Source: Candidatus Eremiobacteria bacterium (lineage in GTDB: Bacteria > Vulcanimicrobiota > Vulcanimicrobiia > Vulcanimicrobiales > Vulcanimicrobiaceae). From it: DNA of 64,000 nt. Shown in pieces: positions 29,226-39,024 of the stretch. The stretch is taken from assembly GCA_963758295.1 (NCBI GenBank), contig CAVWUU010000004.1, positions 672,001 to 736,000 of the forward strand. Direction: 5' to 3'. The stretch's first letter is position 1; every line of letters starts with the position of its first letter. The notes beneath the pieces were generated by a model. It was not told where the DNA came from. It made no database searches and saw nothing but the letters and a program-made list of their open reading frames with translations. A program made the position numbers and the translations under genes.

Positions 29226-31357
29226 TACGTCGTGGTTCCCATCGCGTGCTGCGTTTCGTCGGTCGTCGAAATCTGACCGATCGATTCAACGCGCAGGCCG
29301 GGCGCAATTTCCGAGTATGACAGCACGACCAACTGTGGTGCCGCGCGTTCCGTTAGGCGTTTGAGCGCCAAACGTACCGATGGCGACGACAAGACCACCG
29401 GCTGCAAACCGGCGTTCTGGGCCACGGTAATCTGATGCGTAAGCGAAACGTAAATCTTCGAAACCGTGGCCGGATCGAGGAGCGCATAGGCGTCCTCGCC
29501 GCGGCGAACGGCTTCGGAGAGCAACGCTTCGAGACGCGGATCCACCGTGATAACCGACAGGAGTCCGTTCTCCGCATACTCGGCCGAAATGTGCCGAGCG
29601 AGCGCCGCACGAACTTTCTCCGTGAGGAAGTCGATGTCTTTGCTCACGCGCCCCGCGTCCGAAAGCGTTTCCAGAATCAACACGAGATTGCGAATCGGAA
29701 TGCGCTCGCGCAGCAGGTTCTGCAACACGCGCTGAATTTCACCGACCGTCAACAGCCCCGGCACGAGCTCGTCCACGACGACCGGATAATGCGACTTGAT
29801 GTTGTCGAGCAATGCGGAGGTTTCTTGACGCCCGAGCAAATCCGGGGCCTGTCCCTTGATCAGTTCGGTCAAGTGCGTGGCAATGACGCTCGTCGGATCG
29901 ATGACGGTGTAGCCGGCCATCTCCGCTTCGGCGCGCGCGCTTTCGGAAATCCACAGCGCCGGAAGCCCGAATGCCGGCTCGGTCGTCGGAATGCCGTCAA
30001 TCGGGGCGGTCGCGGTGCCGGGGTTCATTGCCAGGAGGCGGCTGACCATCACTTCCGCGCTTGCGACTTCCAGACCGTAGATCTTCACCACGTACGTGTT
30101 GGGGCGAAGCTGCAAGTTGTCGCGCACGCGAATCGGCGGAACGACGATGCCGAGATCGCGTGCCGCGTGGCGCCGGATGAGCGTAATGCGTTCGAGCAGA
30201 TCGCCGCCCTGATTCACGTCGACGAGCGGAATGAGACCAAAGCCGATCTCCAATTCCATCGGATCGTACGAGAGCAGCGGCACGACGCTCTCCGCGGGCT
30301 TCGCGGGAGCAGGTGTTCCGCCGGCGACGGCCGCTGCCGCTTGCGCCGGCGTCGGCAGCATCGCACCGGTCGCGGAGATCGGATTGCGGCGGCGATTCAG
30401 GTAGGCGAAGAATAGGATCACGGCGAGGACAAGCATCAACGGCCGCGCCAGCCCGAAGAAGCCGAAAATCGCGGTCATGATCGAGGCGATAAGCAACGCG
30501 TTCGGCTGCGCGCTCAACTGACGCGTAATATCTTTGCCGAAGTCCGACTCAGCGGCAGCGCGCGTGACGATGATACCGGTTGCCGTGGAGATCAGCAGCG
30601 CAGGCACCTGCGTCACGATGCCTTCACCGACGGTGAGCAACGTGAAGTGACTCAGCGCGGTGACGAAATCCATATGCATCTGCACGATGCCGACGATGAA
30701 GCCGCCGATCGTGTTGATCACGACGATGATCACCGCGGCGATCGCGTCGCCGCGAACGAACTTGCTCGCACCGTCCATGGCGCCATAGAAGTCGGCGGAG
30801 CGCTGAACGTCTTTCCGGCGCTGACGCGCTTCGGCTTCCGTAATGAGACCCGCGTTCAAGTCCGCGTCGATCGCGAGCTGCTTGCCGGGCATCGCGTCCA
30901 ACGTGAAGCGCGCGGCGACTTCAGCGACGCGCCCGGCACCGTTCGTGATAACGACGAACTGAATGATAATAAGGATGAGGAAGATCACAAAACCGACGGC
31001 ATAGTTGCCGCCGATGACGATCTGCCCGAAGAAGTTGATGACCTCGCCGGCATACCCGTGCAGCAAAATCGACCGCGTCGCTGTGATGTTCAGCGAAAGC
31101 CGGAAGAGCGTGATGATGAGCAGCAACGTTGGAAACGCGGAGAATCCAAGCGCATTTTCGGTATAGAGCGCCGTACCGATGATGATAAGCGCGGTGCCGA
31201 TGTTCAACGTCAACAAGATGTCGAGCAACGGTGCCGGAACCGGCACGATCATCAGCAGGACGAGCATGACGGAGGCGGCAGCGACTAGAATCGGCGCCGA
31301 TGAACTCAAGCGTTGGGCGATCCCGCCTTGCGCGTTCGCAGGGGCTTGCATAGCCAT
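29225..31357 (-). CDS. flhA: Flagellar export gate protein FlhA
   Basis: RVAEVAARFTLDAMPGKQLAIDADL, FYGAMDGASKFVRGDA. Confidence 0.97.
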   Translation of the reverse strand: MAMQAPANAQGGIAQRLSSSAPILVAAASVMLVLLMIVPVPAPLLDILLTLNIGTALIIIGTALYTENALGFSAFPTLLLIITLFRLSLNITATRSILLHGYAGEVINFFGQIVIGGNYAVGFVIFLILIIIQFVVITNGAGRVAEVAARFTLDAMPGKQLAIDADLNAGLITEAEARQRRKDVQRSADFYGAMDGASKFVRGDAIAAVIIVVINTIGGFIVGIVQMHMDFVTALSHFTLLTVGEGIVTQVPALLISTATGIIVTRAAAESDFGKDITRQLSAQPNALLIASIMTAIFGFFGLARPLMLVLAVILFFAYLNRRRNPISATGAMLPTPAQAAAAVAGGTPAPAKPAESVVPLLSYDPMELEIGFGLIPLVDVNQGGDLLERITLIRRHAARDLGIVVPPIRVRDNLQLRPNTYVVKIYGLEVASAEVMVSRLLAMNPGTATAPIDGIPTTEPAFGLPALWISESARAEAEMAGYTVIDPTSVIATHLTELIKGQAPDLLGRQETSALLDNIKSHYPVVVDELVPGLLTVGEIQRVLQNLLRERIPIRNLVLILETLSDAGRVSKDIDFLTEKVRAALARHISAEYAENGLLSVITVDPRLEALLSEAVRRGEDAYALLDPATVSKIYVSLTHQITVAQNAGLQPVVLSSPSVRLALKRLTERAAPQLVVLSYSEIAPGLRVESIGQISTTDETQHAMGTTT

Positions 31358-32421
31358 TAAGCGATGGTCTTTCGTTTCAGCTTGTAGACGAACGCGATCA
31401 CCTGCGCTACCGCAGCATACAGGTTCGGCGGAATAGCCTGATCGAGTTCAACGCGGTCGTACAGCGTCCGTGCGAGCGGCGGATTTTCCATAATCGGCAC
31501 GTTGTTTTCGCGAGCGAGATCGCGAATACGTTTTGCCACCAGATCAGCGCCCTTGGCAACGACCACGGGCGCTTCCATTTTATCGTCGTCCCATTCCAGT
31601 GCGACGGCGAAGTGCGTCGGGTTCGTCACCACGACGGTTGCGCGAGGAACGGCCGCCATCATGCGGCGTCGCGCGAATTCGCGTTGGCGGCGTTTGAGCG
31701 CAGCCTTCGCTTCGGGGTTTCCTTCGGATTGCTTGTATTCGTCCTTCACTTCTTGCTTGGACATTTTCAAGCTCTCTTCCAGCTGCCACTTTTGATAGCC
31801 GAAGTCGAGCAATCCGACCACGATGAGCAACAACGCAAACTTCCAGGCGATGCCATAGACGAGATCGGCGGTCATGTTCGCAAGCTGCCCAGGCATCATT
31901 TGCCCGGCTGCAGCAAAGATGTCGATGTTCTGAGCGATCGCCGTGTAGATGATCACGACCACGGCGGCAAGCTTCAAAAGCTGCTTCGCGAGATTCACGA
32001 GGACGGTCTTGGAGAATAGCTGCTGAAAGCCGTTGATCGGATTCAGTTTGCTGAACTTCGGCACGATGGGCTGCAGGGTGAAAAGGAACCCGAACTGCAG
32101 CAGGTTTGCGGCGATCGCCGCGAACATCGCAAGAGCGAAGACCATTAAGAGCGGGAACGCGACGCCCGATGCGGCTTGAACGAATTGAATCCAGATGGAG
32201 TGAAACGTCGGATCGCCATGCTGCGCAACGCGCTCGAATAGCGAACCTACGGATGATTGAAGTCCGACAATCATCCGGTTAAGAAATGCGTGCAGCGCGA
32301 CGACCGACACGAGAAAAATCACGGCACCCGTTAAGTCTTGACTCTTTGGGACCTGGCCGCGTTCTCGTGCCTCCTCGCGCCGCTTCGGTGTGGCCTTCTC
32401 GGTTTGTTCCGGTCTAGCCAT
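31357..32421 (-). CDS. flhB: Flagellar export switch protein FlhB
   Basis: TEKATPKR, KQSEGNP, TNPTHFAVAL, ENPPLAR. Confidence 0.97.
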   Translation of the reverse strand: MARPEQTEKATPKRREEARERGQVPKSQDLTGAVIFLVSVVALHAFLNRMIVGLQSSVGSLFERVAQHGDPTFHSIWIQFVQAASGVAFPLLMVFALAMFAAIAANLLQFGFLFTLQPIVPKFSKLNPINGFQQLFSKTVLVNLAKQLLKLAAVVVIIYTAIAQNIDIFAAAGQMMPGQLANMTADLVYGIAWKFALLLIVVGLLDFGYQKWQLEESLKMSKQEVKDEYKQSEGNPEAKAALKRRQREFARRRMMAAVPRATVVVTNPTHFAVALEWDDDKMEAPVVVAKGADLVAKRIRDLARENNVPIMENPPLARTLYDRVELDQAIPPNLYAAVAQVIAFVYKLKRKTIA

Positions 32422-32451
32422 CGATGCAACTCGTGAACACTCTCCAGCTAG

Positions 32452-32477
32452 TATTCGGCTCAGAACGCCCTTTTCTA
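32452..32477 (-). promoter_or_regulatory. Sigma28-like promoter for flhB
   Basis: TAGA-N14-GCCGAATA upstream of flhB. Confidence 0.45.
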
Positions 32478-32566
32478 CAAGCCTCTTCTAAGGAGGCAAG
32501 CGGGAAGCAGAGCGCAGTCTGCCAATAAGGGAGGCTGATAAAAATCGAACCCCCAAGGAGACTACA

Positions 32567-33580
32567 TTGCAACGAACGCTGGGCTTGCTGGCCGGCGCGA
32601 TAGCCGCCGTGCTTCTGGCCGCCTGCGGCAACGCAACTCCCATTGGAAGCACCGCGCCGGCAACGCCGACGCCATTTCCTCAGGGCGTATCTAACGAGTA
32701 CAAGATCCCGACGGCCGGCTCGAACCCGGGCGGCCTCGTGAAGGGAGGCGACGGCTCGGTCTGGTTTACCGAGATCGCGGCTAACAAGATCGGCCGTCTG
32801 TCGTCTTCTGCAACCATAACCGATTACGCCGTGCCTTCGGCCGGGGCCGCGCCGCTCTCGATCACCGTAGGCCCGGACAGTGCACTGTGGTTCACCGAGT
32901 CCGGACGTGCCGCCATCGGCCGCCTGGCCATTGCGTCGCTCAGCTTTACGGAAATTTCGCTGCCGGTCGGCACCGCCCGGCCTTGGGGAATCGTCACGGC
33001 GCCCAACGGCTCGCTCTGGGTGACCGACCCGGGCGCAAACTCGATCTGGCAGGTCACGCCCGCCGGCGTCACTTCGCAGTACGCCTTGACCACCGCGAAC
33101 GCCGATCCGACGTCGATCACGATCGGCCCCGATAGCGCCATTTGGTTCGTCGAAGCGAACTCCAACAAAATCGGGAAGCTGCTGCCGAACGCCGCCCCAG
33201 GCACCGCCCCGTCGGAATTCCCGGTAACGGGTACCGGCCTCGGCGTGATCATTTCGGGAAGCGACAACGCCCTGTGGTTCACCGAGACGACGAGCAAGAA
33301 CATTGCCCGCATGCTGACCAACGGCACCGTCTCGAGCGAAAGCCCGCTCACCGGAATGCAGGCGCCCTTCGGCATCGTGCTCGGGGGCGACGGCAACTTT
33401 TACATCGGCGACGAGACCGGCAGTCAAATCGGCCAGTACAATCCGACGAACGCCGCAATCAAACTCTTCCCGACGAAGAGCACGCCGTCCAAGCCGTACA
33501 TGTTCGCACTTGGCCCCGACAACGAAGTCTACTTCGGCGAACAGGCCTCCAACAACATCGGCCAGTTCCGCTACTTCTAA
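32567..33580 (+). CDS. Vgb (streptogramin lyase)-like beta-propeller lipoprotein
   Basis: Lipobox LAAC; about 7 repeats of P..I..GPD..LWFTE...N.IG; AAGGAG RBS. Confidence 0.88.
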   Translation: MQRTLGLLAGAIAAVLLAACGNATPIGSTAPATPTPFPQGVSNEYKIPTAGSNPGGLVKGGDGSVWFTEIAANKIGRLSSSATITDYAVPSAGAAPLSITVGPDSALWFTESGRAAIGRLAIASLSFTEISLPVGTARPWGIVTAPNGSLWVTDPGANSIWQVTPAGVTSQYALTTANADPTSITIGPDSAIWFVEANSNKIGKLLPNAAPGTAPSEFPVTGTGLGVIISGSDNALWFTETTSKNIARMLTNGTVSSESPLTGMQAPFGIVLGGDGNFYIGDETGSQIGQYNPTNAAIKLFPTKSTPSKPYMFALGPDNEVYFGEQASNNIGQFRYF

Positions 33581-33591
33581 CTTCGTACAAT

Positions 33592-33623
33592 AAAAAAGCC
33601 GCGGCGTTTGCCGCGGCCTTTTT
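33592..33623. terminator. Bidirectional intrinsic terminator
   Basis: AAAAAA-GCCGCGGC-GTTT-GCCGCGGC-CTTTTT. Confidence 0.85.
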
Positions 33624-33628
33624 AATTT

Positions 33629-34720
33629 GTCATCCTGAGCTTGTCGAAGGAAAGGCGCATTTCACGACGGCCCCTTCGTCATCCTAAGCTTGTCGAAGGA
33701 CAGGCGCATATCACGACGGCCCCTTCGTCATCCTGAGCTTGTCGAAGGACAGGCGCATTTCACGACGGCCCCTTCGTCATCCTGAGCTTGTCGAAGGACA
33801 GGCGCATTTCACGACGGCCCCTTCGTCATCCTGAGCTTGTCGAAGGACAGGCGCATATCAGCGACGGCCCGGATGCGCCTCTGGTTCGACAAGCTCACCA
33901 TGACGGCATCGCGCCCCTTCGTCATCCTGAGCTTGCCGAAGGACAGGCGCATATCAGCGACGGCCCGGATGCGCTTCTGGTTCGACAAGCTCACCATGAC
34001 GGCATCGCGCCCCTTCGTCATCCTGAGCTTGTCGAAGGACAGGCGCATATCAGCGACGGCCCGGATGCGCCTCTGGTTCGACAAGCTCACCATGACGGCA
34101 TCGCGCCCCTTCGTCATCCTGAGCTTGTCGAAGGACAGGCGCATATCAGCGACGGCCCGGATGCGCCTCTGGTTCGACAAGCTCACCATGACGGCATCGC
34201 GCCCCTTCGTCATCCTGAGCTTGTCGAAGGACAGGCGCATATCAGCGACGGCCCGGATGCGCCTCTGGTTCGACAAGCTCACCATGACGGCATCGCGTCC
34301 CTTCGTCATCCTGAGCTTGTCGAAGGACAGGCGCATATCAGCGACGGCCCGGATGCGCCTCTGGTTCGACAAGCTCACCATGACGGCATCGCGCCCCTTC
34401 GTCATCCTGAGCTTGTCGAAGGACAGGCGCATATCAGCGACGGCCCGGATGCGCCTCTGGTTCGACAAGCTCACCATGACGGCATCGCGCCCCTTCGTCA
34501 TCCTGAGCTTGTCGAAGGACAGGCGCATATCAGCGACGGCCCGGATGCGCCTCTGGCGACAAGCTCACCATGACGGCATCGCGCCCCTTCGTCATCCTGA
34601 GCTTGTCGAAGGACAGGCGCATCTCAGCGACGGCCCGGATGCGCCTTTGGTTCGACAAGCTCACGATGACGGCATCGCGCCCCTTCGTCATCCTGAGCTT
34701 GTCGAAGGACAGGCGCATAT
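33629..34720. repeat. Tandem array of REP-like palindromes (4 x 49 bp, 9 x about 96 bp, one terminal arm)
   Basis: Arm A starts at 33629, 33678, 33727, 33776, 33825, 33921, 34017, 34113, 34209, 34305, 34401, 34497, 34591 and 34687; linkers are invariant. Confidence 0.97.
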
Positions 34721-34860
34721 GACCATTGCGAATTGCGACCACTCAAGCAGTCCATACCCCGAGCGCACACCGAGCAGAACTGTTTAATTGGCGCGGATAT
34801 TTGGCATAAGAGTAGTGTCAAGTCAGAGCGAGAGGTTTAGTCCAATGGCTTAGCTTGCCA

Positions 34861-34893
34861 GGGCTGGGATTTTATCCCAGCCCAAACTTTTTT
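34861..34893. terminator. Stem-loop after fliR
   Basis: GGGCTGGGAT-TTT-ATCCCAGCCC followed by AAACTTTTTT on the plus strand. Confidence 0.6.
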
Positions 34894-34894
34894 C

Positions 34895-35674
34895 TTAAGT
34901 TCGTAAGCCGCGCATGACGGTGTCCATCTGTTGCGCGATGTTTTGGAAAAGCTGCGGGCCGACGGATCCCAACAGCGGGATCGCGATGGACATCATGATG
35001 AGGCCCACGCCGATTTGCAGCGGCAGGCCGATGACAAACACGTTCATCTGTGGCGCCACGCGCGCGGCGAAAGCCAGGGCGACGTTCGTAAGGAACAGCG
35101 CGAGCACGACCGGCGCAGCGATCTTGAAGACGATGAGAAATGCCTGCGTGAGAAAAATCACGATATTGCCGGCGACGGCCGGGTCCAGGTTGATGAACGG
35201 CAGCGGAACGAGAGTGAACGAGCCGGCGATGCCCTGGATCAGCAAATGGTGCGCGTCGGTCGCAAGGAAAATCAGCGTGGCGATGGCGAGCTCGAATTCG
35301 CCGATGATTGTGACCTGCTGCTGGGTCGCCGGATTTAGAACATTCGCTACGGCGAACCCGATTTGCAAGTCGATGAGTTCGCCGGCAAACTGAATGCCGA
35401 TGAAGACGAGCTGCGCCACGAATCCCACGATCATGCCGAGGACGACCTGACTTACGATGCCAAGCGTCAACCCGTAAAGATCCGTAGAGGCCGGCACGAT
35501 CGGCACGACGCGGAACAGCATGAACGAGATGAACGCCGAGAATCCAAAACGCGCGAGAATCGGCACTTGCGGCGCGGAGAAAATCGGGAAGACGAACAGC
35601 ATCGCCGTCACTCGTACGAAGACGAGCAAAAACGTCTCGAACTGCGCCCCGGTTAGTCCAAAGACGTCTACCAT
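34895..35674 (-). CDS. fliR: Flagellar biosynthesis protein FliR
   Basis: Polytopic membrane protein; AGELIDLQIGF, RVAPQMNVF..GLP. Confidence 0.95.
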   Translation of the reverse strand: MVDVFGLTGAQFETFLLVFVRVTAMLFVFPIFSAPQVPILARFGFSAFISFMLFRVVPIVPASTDLYGLTLGIVSQVVLGMIVGFVAQLVFIGIQFAGELIDLQIGFAVANVLNPATQQQVTIIGEFELAIATLIFLATDAHHLLIQGIAGSFTLVPLPFINLDPAVAGNIVIFLTQAFLIVFKIAAPVVLALFLTNVALAFAARVAPQMNVFVIGLPLQIGVGLIMMSIAIPLLGSVGPQLFQNIAQQMDTVMRGLRT

Positions 35675-35681
35675 CGGCCCA

Positions 35682-35951
35682 CTACTTCACGAAGTGGGCC
35701 ATATTGGAAAAGACACGACTCATGAAGTCGGTCAAGACCGCCAAAATGAACGGGCCGAAGAACAGAATCGCGAGCGCCGATATGACGATCTTCGGAATGA
35801 ACGCGAGCGTCGGTTCTTGGATCTGCGTTACAGCTTGAAAGATCGAAATCACGAGACCGATGATCATGCTTAGAATGAGCACCGGGGCGGCGGCGACAAG
35901 GGCCACGAAAATCGCTTCGCGTCCAAGCGAGATGGCATCGCCGAAGCTCAT
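35682..35951 (-). CDS. fliQ: Flagellar biosynthesis protein FliQ
   Basis: GLVISIFQAVTQIQEPTLAFIPK. Confidence 0.96.
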   Translation of the reverse strand: MSFGDAISLGREAIFVALVAAAPVLILSMIIGLVISIFQAVTQIQEPTLAFIPKIVISALAILFFGPFILAVLTDFMSRVFSNMAHFVK

Positions 35952-36763
35952 TGTTTGAAGCTCTGAAAGAGCGCCGCAACGGTTAAGTTCCAGCCGTCGA
36001 CCAGGATAAAGATCAAAATCTTGAACGGCAGCGAGATGATCACCGGCGGAATCATCATCATACCCATAGAGAGCAAGACGCTCGCTACGACCATGTCGAT
36101 GACGATGAATGGAATGTAGATCGCGAACCCGATTTCAAATGCGGTCTTCAGCTCGGAGATGACGAAGGCGGGAACGAGCAAGTACGTCGGAACGTCATTT
36201 TGTTTCGCCGGCCGCGGCTCTTTCGAAATCGAATAGAACAGCTGCAAATCTTTGTCGCGCGTCTGCTTGAACATGAACGCCCGCAGCGGCTTCGCGGCCC
36301 GATCCAGGGCAACCGTTTGCGAAATCTGGTTCTTCATATACGGCTGAACAGCGTTAGCATTTACGTCTTTAATTACCGGGCTCATCACGAAGAACGTGAG
36401 CAGCAGCGCAAGGCCGATCAAAACTTGGTTCGGCGGCACTTGTTGCGTCCCGAGCGCTGTGCGCACAAACGACAAAACCACGACGATGCGCGTGAACGCG
36501 GTAACCATAACGAGCAACGTCGGAGCCAAGGCTAGCACCGTGAGGAGCAGCAGGATTTGAAGCGCCTGAACGACGTCGTGCGGATTCTTCGCTTGCCCGA
36601 CACCGAGATTGATCTGCGGGATCGGCACGGTGGGCGCGACGGGCGCTGTTGCAGCGGTCGCAATCGCCGGAATCACCCACAGCGTCGTGAGTAAAAGCGA
36701 AGCCGCAACGAGAAAGGCGCGGTGGCGCTCCCACACACGCTCGAAGACTCGAAGAATAATCAC
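35948..36763 (-). CDS. fliP: Flagellar biosynthesis protein FliP
   Basis: FTRIVVVLS..R.ALG.QQ.PPNQ, PAFVISELKTAF, SLPFK..FILVDGW. Confidence 0.97.
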   Translation of the reverse strand: MIILRVFERVWERHRAFLVAASLLLTTLWVIPAIATAATAPVAPTVPIPQINLGVGQAKNPHDVVQALQILLLLTVLALAPTLLVMVTAFTRIVVVLSFVRTALGTQQVPPNQVLIGLALLLTFFVMSPVIKDVNANAVQPYMKNQISQTVALDRAAKPLRAFMFKQTRDKDLQLFYSISKEPRPAKQNDVPTYLLVPAFVISELKTAFEIGFAIYIPFIVIDMVVASVLLSMGMMMIPPVIISLPFKILIFILVDGWNLTVAALFQSFKQ

Positions 36764-37113
36764 TGTTTCCCGCGCAAATATTTGAAAGCGTCGGCCAAAG
36801 AAGCGCGCTGCGCCGAAAAGAGCGAGCGCTGTTCTTGCAGCCAGGTCTCAACGTCCTCGGCAGGCAGTTCGCCCAGTGTCGTTACTCCGCCGTTGCTCGC
36901 GCCGAGGAGCAGATATTTCGTTCCGGCCTTCACGACGTGCACGGCGGCGTGCTGCGAAAGCACTGTCGACTCGAGCACCGAAACCAGGCGCCGGTCCGCC
37001 GAAGCGAGCAATCGCCCGCGAGCAAGACCCCTTACAACGGCATAAAGGCCGCCGAGCATAAGCGCGACGACCAGAAGTGCCAGCAGATACTGCAGCAAAA
37101 ACCCCGAGGTCAT
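36760..37113 (-). CDS. fliO: Flagellar biosynthesis protein FliO
   Basis: N-terminal TM helix, V.VLE...L....VHVV..G..YLLLG; lies between fliN/Y and fliP. Confidence 0.8.
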   Translation of the reverse strand: MTSGFLLQYLLALLVVALMLGGLYAVVRGLARGRLLASADRRLVSVLESTVLSQHAAVHVVKAGTKYLLLGASNGGVTTLGELPAEDVETWLQEQRSLFSAQRASLADAFKYLRGKQ

Positions 37114-37119
37114 GCGACC

Positions 37120-38010
37120 TTATCCCGCCTGAGGATTCAGTTCGCTGATCTTCACCGCGTACTTATCGTCGACGATGACGACCTCGCCGCGCGCGATGAG
37201 AACGTTGTTGACGTAAAGATCGATCGGTTCGGCCGCGAGCTTGTCAAGCTCGAACACGGCACCCGATGCGAGGGAGACCACTTCGCGAAGCGGCATGACG
37301 GTTTTGCCGAGGACGGCACTGATTTGCAGCGGCACGTCGTGGACGAGATCGAGATTCGCCTGGCCCGCCTGCGCCGTGCGCACGGGCGTCGGCTGCATGG
37401 GCGTATAGGCGACGCTCTGAGCGCTAGCCGCGCGGCTGCTGCCGCGCGGTTCGGGATCGGAACGAGCGCGCTACGGCAGGCTCGGCCGCCGCGGGCGTCG
37501 AGGAAATGCCGAGTTTCGAAAGCGTGATCGCGGCGAAGTCGATGCTCATCGTTGGATGCAGCTCCGCGCCGACTTGCACGCCGCCTTCGTATGATTCAAA
37601 CGGCGGAGGCGCAAGCAGCGTTGCGTCGCTGCACAACTCGGCGTGTACGCCGTCGGCGGAAGCGCCAAGTTCGTTTGGCCAGCTCTTCGGCCATTGCGCC
37701 GGCAATTTGCGAAACCGTTTCGGAGGCGATGGACAGTTGCATCGGGCCCATTTCGGCCATATCGTCGCTGCCGCCGAGCATCATGCCGACGACCTGTTGC
37801 ATGTCGGCTTTCGGAAAGCGCACGACGATCTGCGCGCCAAGCGACGGGATTTCGCGCGACGGTTACGAGTTCGCTGCCGTCGGTGCGAATCGAGCCTTCG
37901 TGGTCGTTACGCGATGCGCCGGTCGCTGCCGAAGGCTGTTCGACCAACCGGCCGAGCACGGTGCCGGCCGCGGCCAGCATGGAGTCGGCGAGTTGTTGCA
38001 TATCGGGCAT
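37120..38010 (-). CDS. fliY: FliY/FliN flagellar switch protein (CheC-like N-part plus FliN domain; several indels)
   Basis: C-terminus NLDLVHDVPLQISAVLG...ARGEVVIVD; N-part MMLGG...MGPMQLSIASETVSQI. Confidence 0.75.
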
Positions 38011-38013
38011 TCG

Positions 38014-39012
38014 TTAATCGTCCTCGTTCTCTAACACTTGTGCGACTTGCACGGCCAAGTGATCTTTGTTGATACCGGGGAAGACCCGGAACTTCTCTTT
38101 GTCGTTCACCGTCGCGCAGAGCGGCTCGGCTCGTCTCCTTATCGAAAACGATGATGTCGCCTTCGCTCAACGCCACCAGATCACGCAGCGAAACCATCGT
38201 CTTGCCTAGTTCGACTTCGACTTCGACGCCTGCGCGCTCGACGTTGCGCGTAAGTTGAGCGACGTCTTCTTCCGTCATGCCGCGTCCGGCCATCACGGTC
38301 GGGCGACCACTGGAAGTCCGTGAGCTGCTGGCTGATGGATTGCAGCACGAGGTACGGCAGGCAGAAGTTCATCACGCCGGCCATGTCGCCGATCTTCAGT
38401 TCCATCGAAACGTACGCCACGTCTGATCGAGCGGAATGATGCGCGGGATGAACTGCGGATTCGAGTCGAGCGCTTCGATCTTCAGCGAGAGCGTCAACAG
38501 GTAGTTCCACGACTCGCGATAGCTATTGAGCATGCGCGCCATGAAGCGCTGCATGAGCGTCCGTTCGATGTCGGTGAGGTCGCGCAGCTTGTTCGGAAAC
38601 CAGCCGGGCCCGCCGAGCAAACGATCGATGATCGAAAACACGAGATTCAGGTCGACCTGGACGATGCCGCTGCCGGGCAGGGGATCCATCGAGAAGTATC
38701 GCCAGAATCGACGGCGATGCCGATCGATGCGATGAAGTCGCCGTAGCTGATCTGCTCGATCGAGATGATGCTCGCTTCGACGCGCGTACGGAGATAAACC
38801 GAGAGCGAGTTGTTCAGCAGGCGCGTGAAGTTCTCGTGCAGCGTGCGAAGCGTCTGCAGCTGGTTATTCGTAAACTTGTCTAAGCGCTTGTTGAAACGGA
38901 AATCGAACGACTTGATCCGGCGGCCGTCAATCGCTTCCTTCGCCGGCGCACCGCCCTGGCCGGAAAGCTGATTGATAAGCGCATCGATTTCTTCTTGCGA
39001 GAGGCTCGACAT
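38014..39012 (-). CDS. fliM: Flagellar motor switch protein FliM (several indels)
   Basis: LSQEEIDAL N-peptide, LHENFTR, IDRLLGG, LTDIE, NFCLPY, C-terminal SpoA domain. Confidence 0.93.
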
Positions 39013-39024
39013 GCGACCTTTTGT

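Noticed and set aside
33629..34720. CRISPR array
   Set aside because: The sequences between repeats are invariant 16-17 bp linkers, arms alternate in orientation, and no cas genes are in the window.
33788..34787. Repeat-protein CDSs (261, 239 and 316 aa ORFs)
   Set aside because: These are by-products of a stop-free 96-bp period; they start inside repeat units and are open on both strands.
34720..34860. Promoter or leader driving the array on the minus strand
   Set aside because: A TTGACA is present (34821-34816) but there is no convincing -10 at 16-18 bp.
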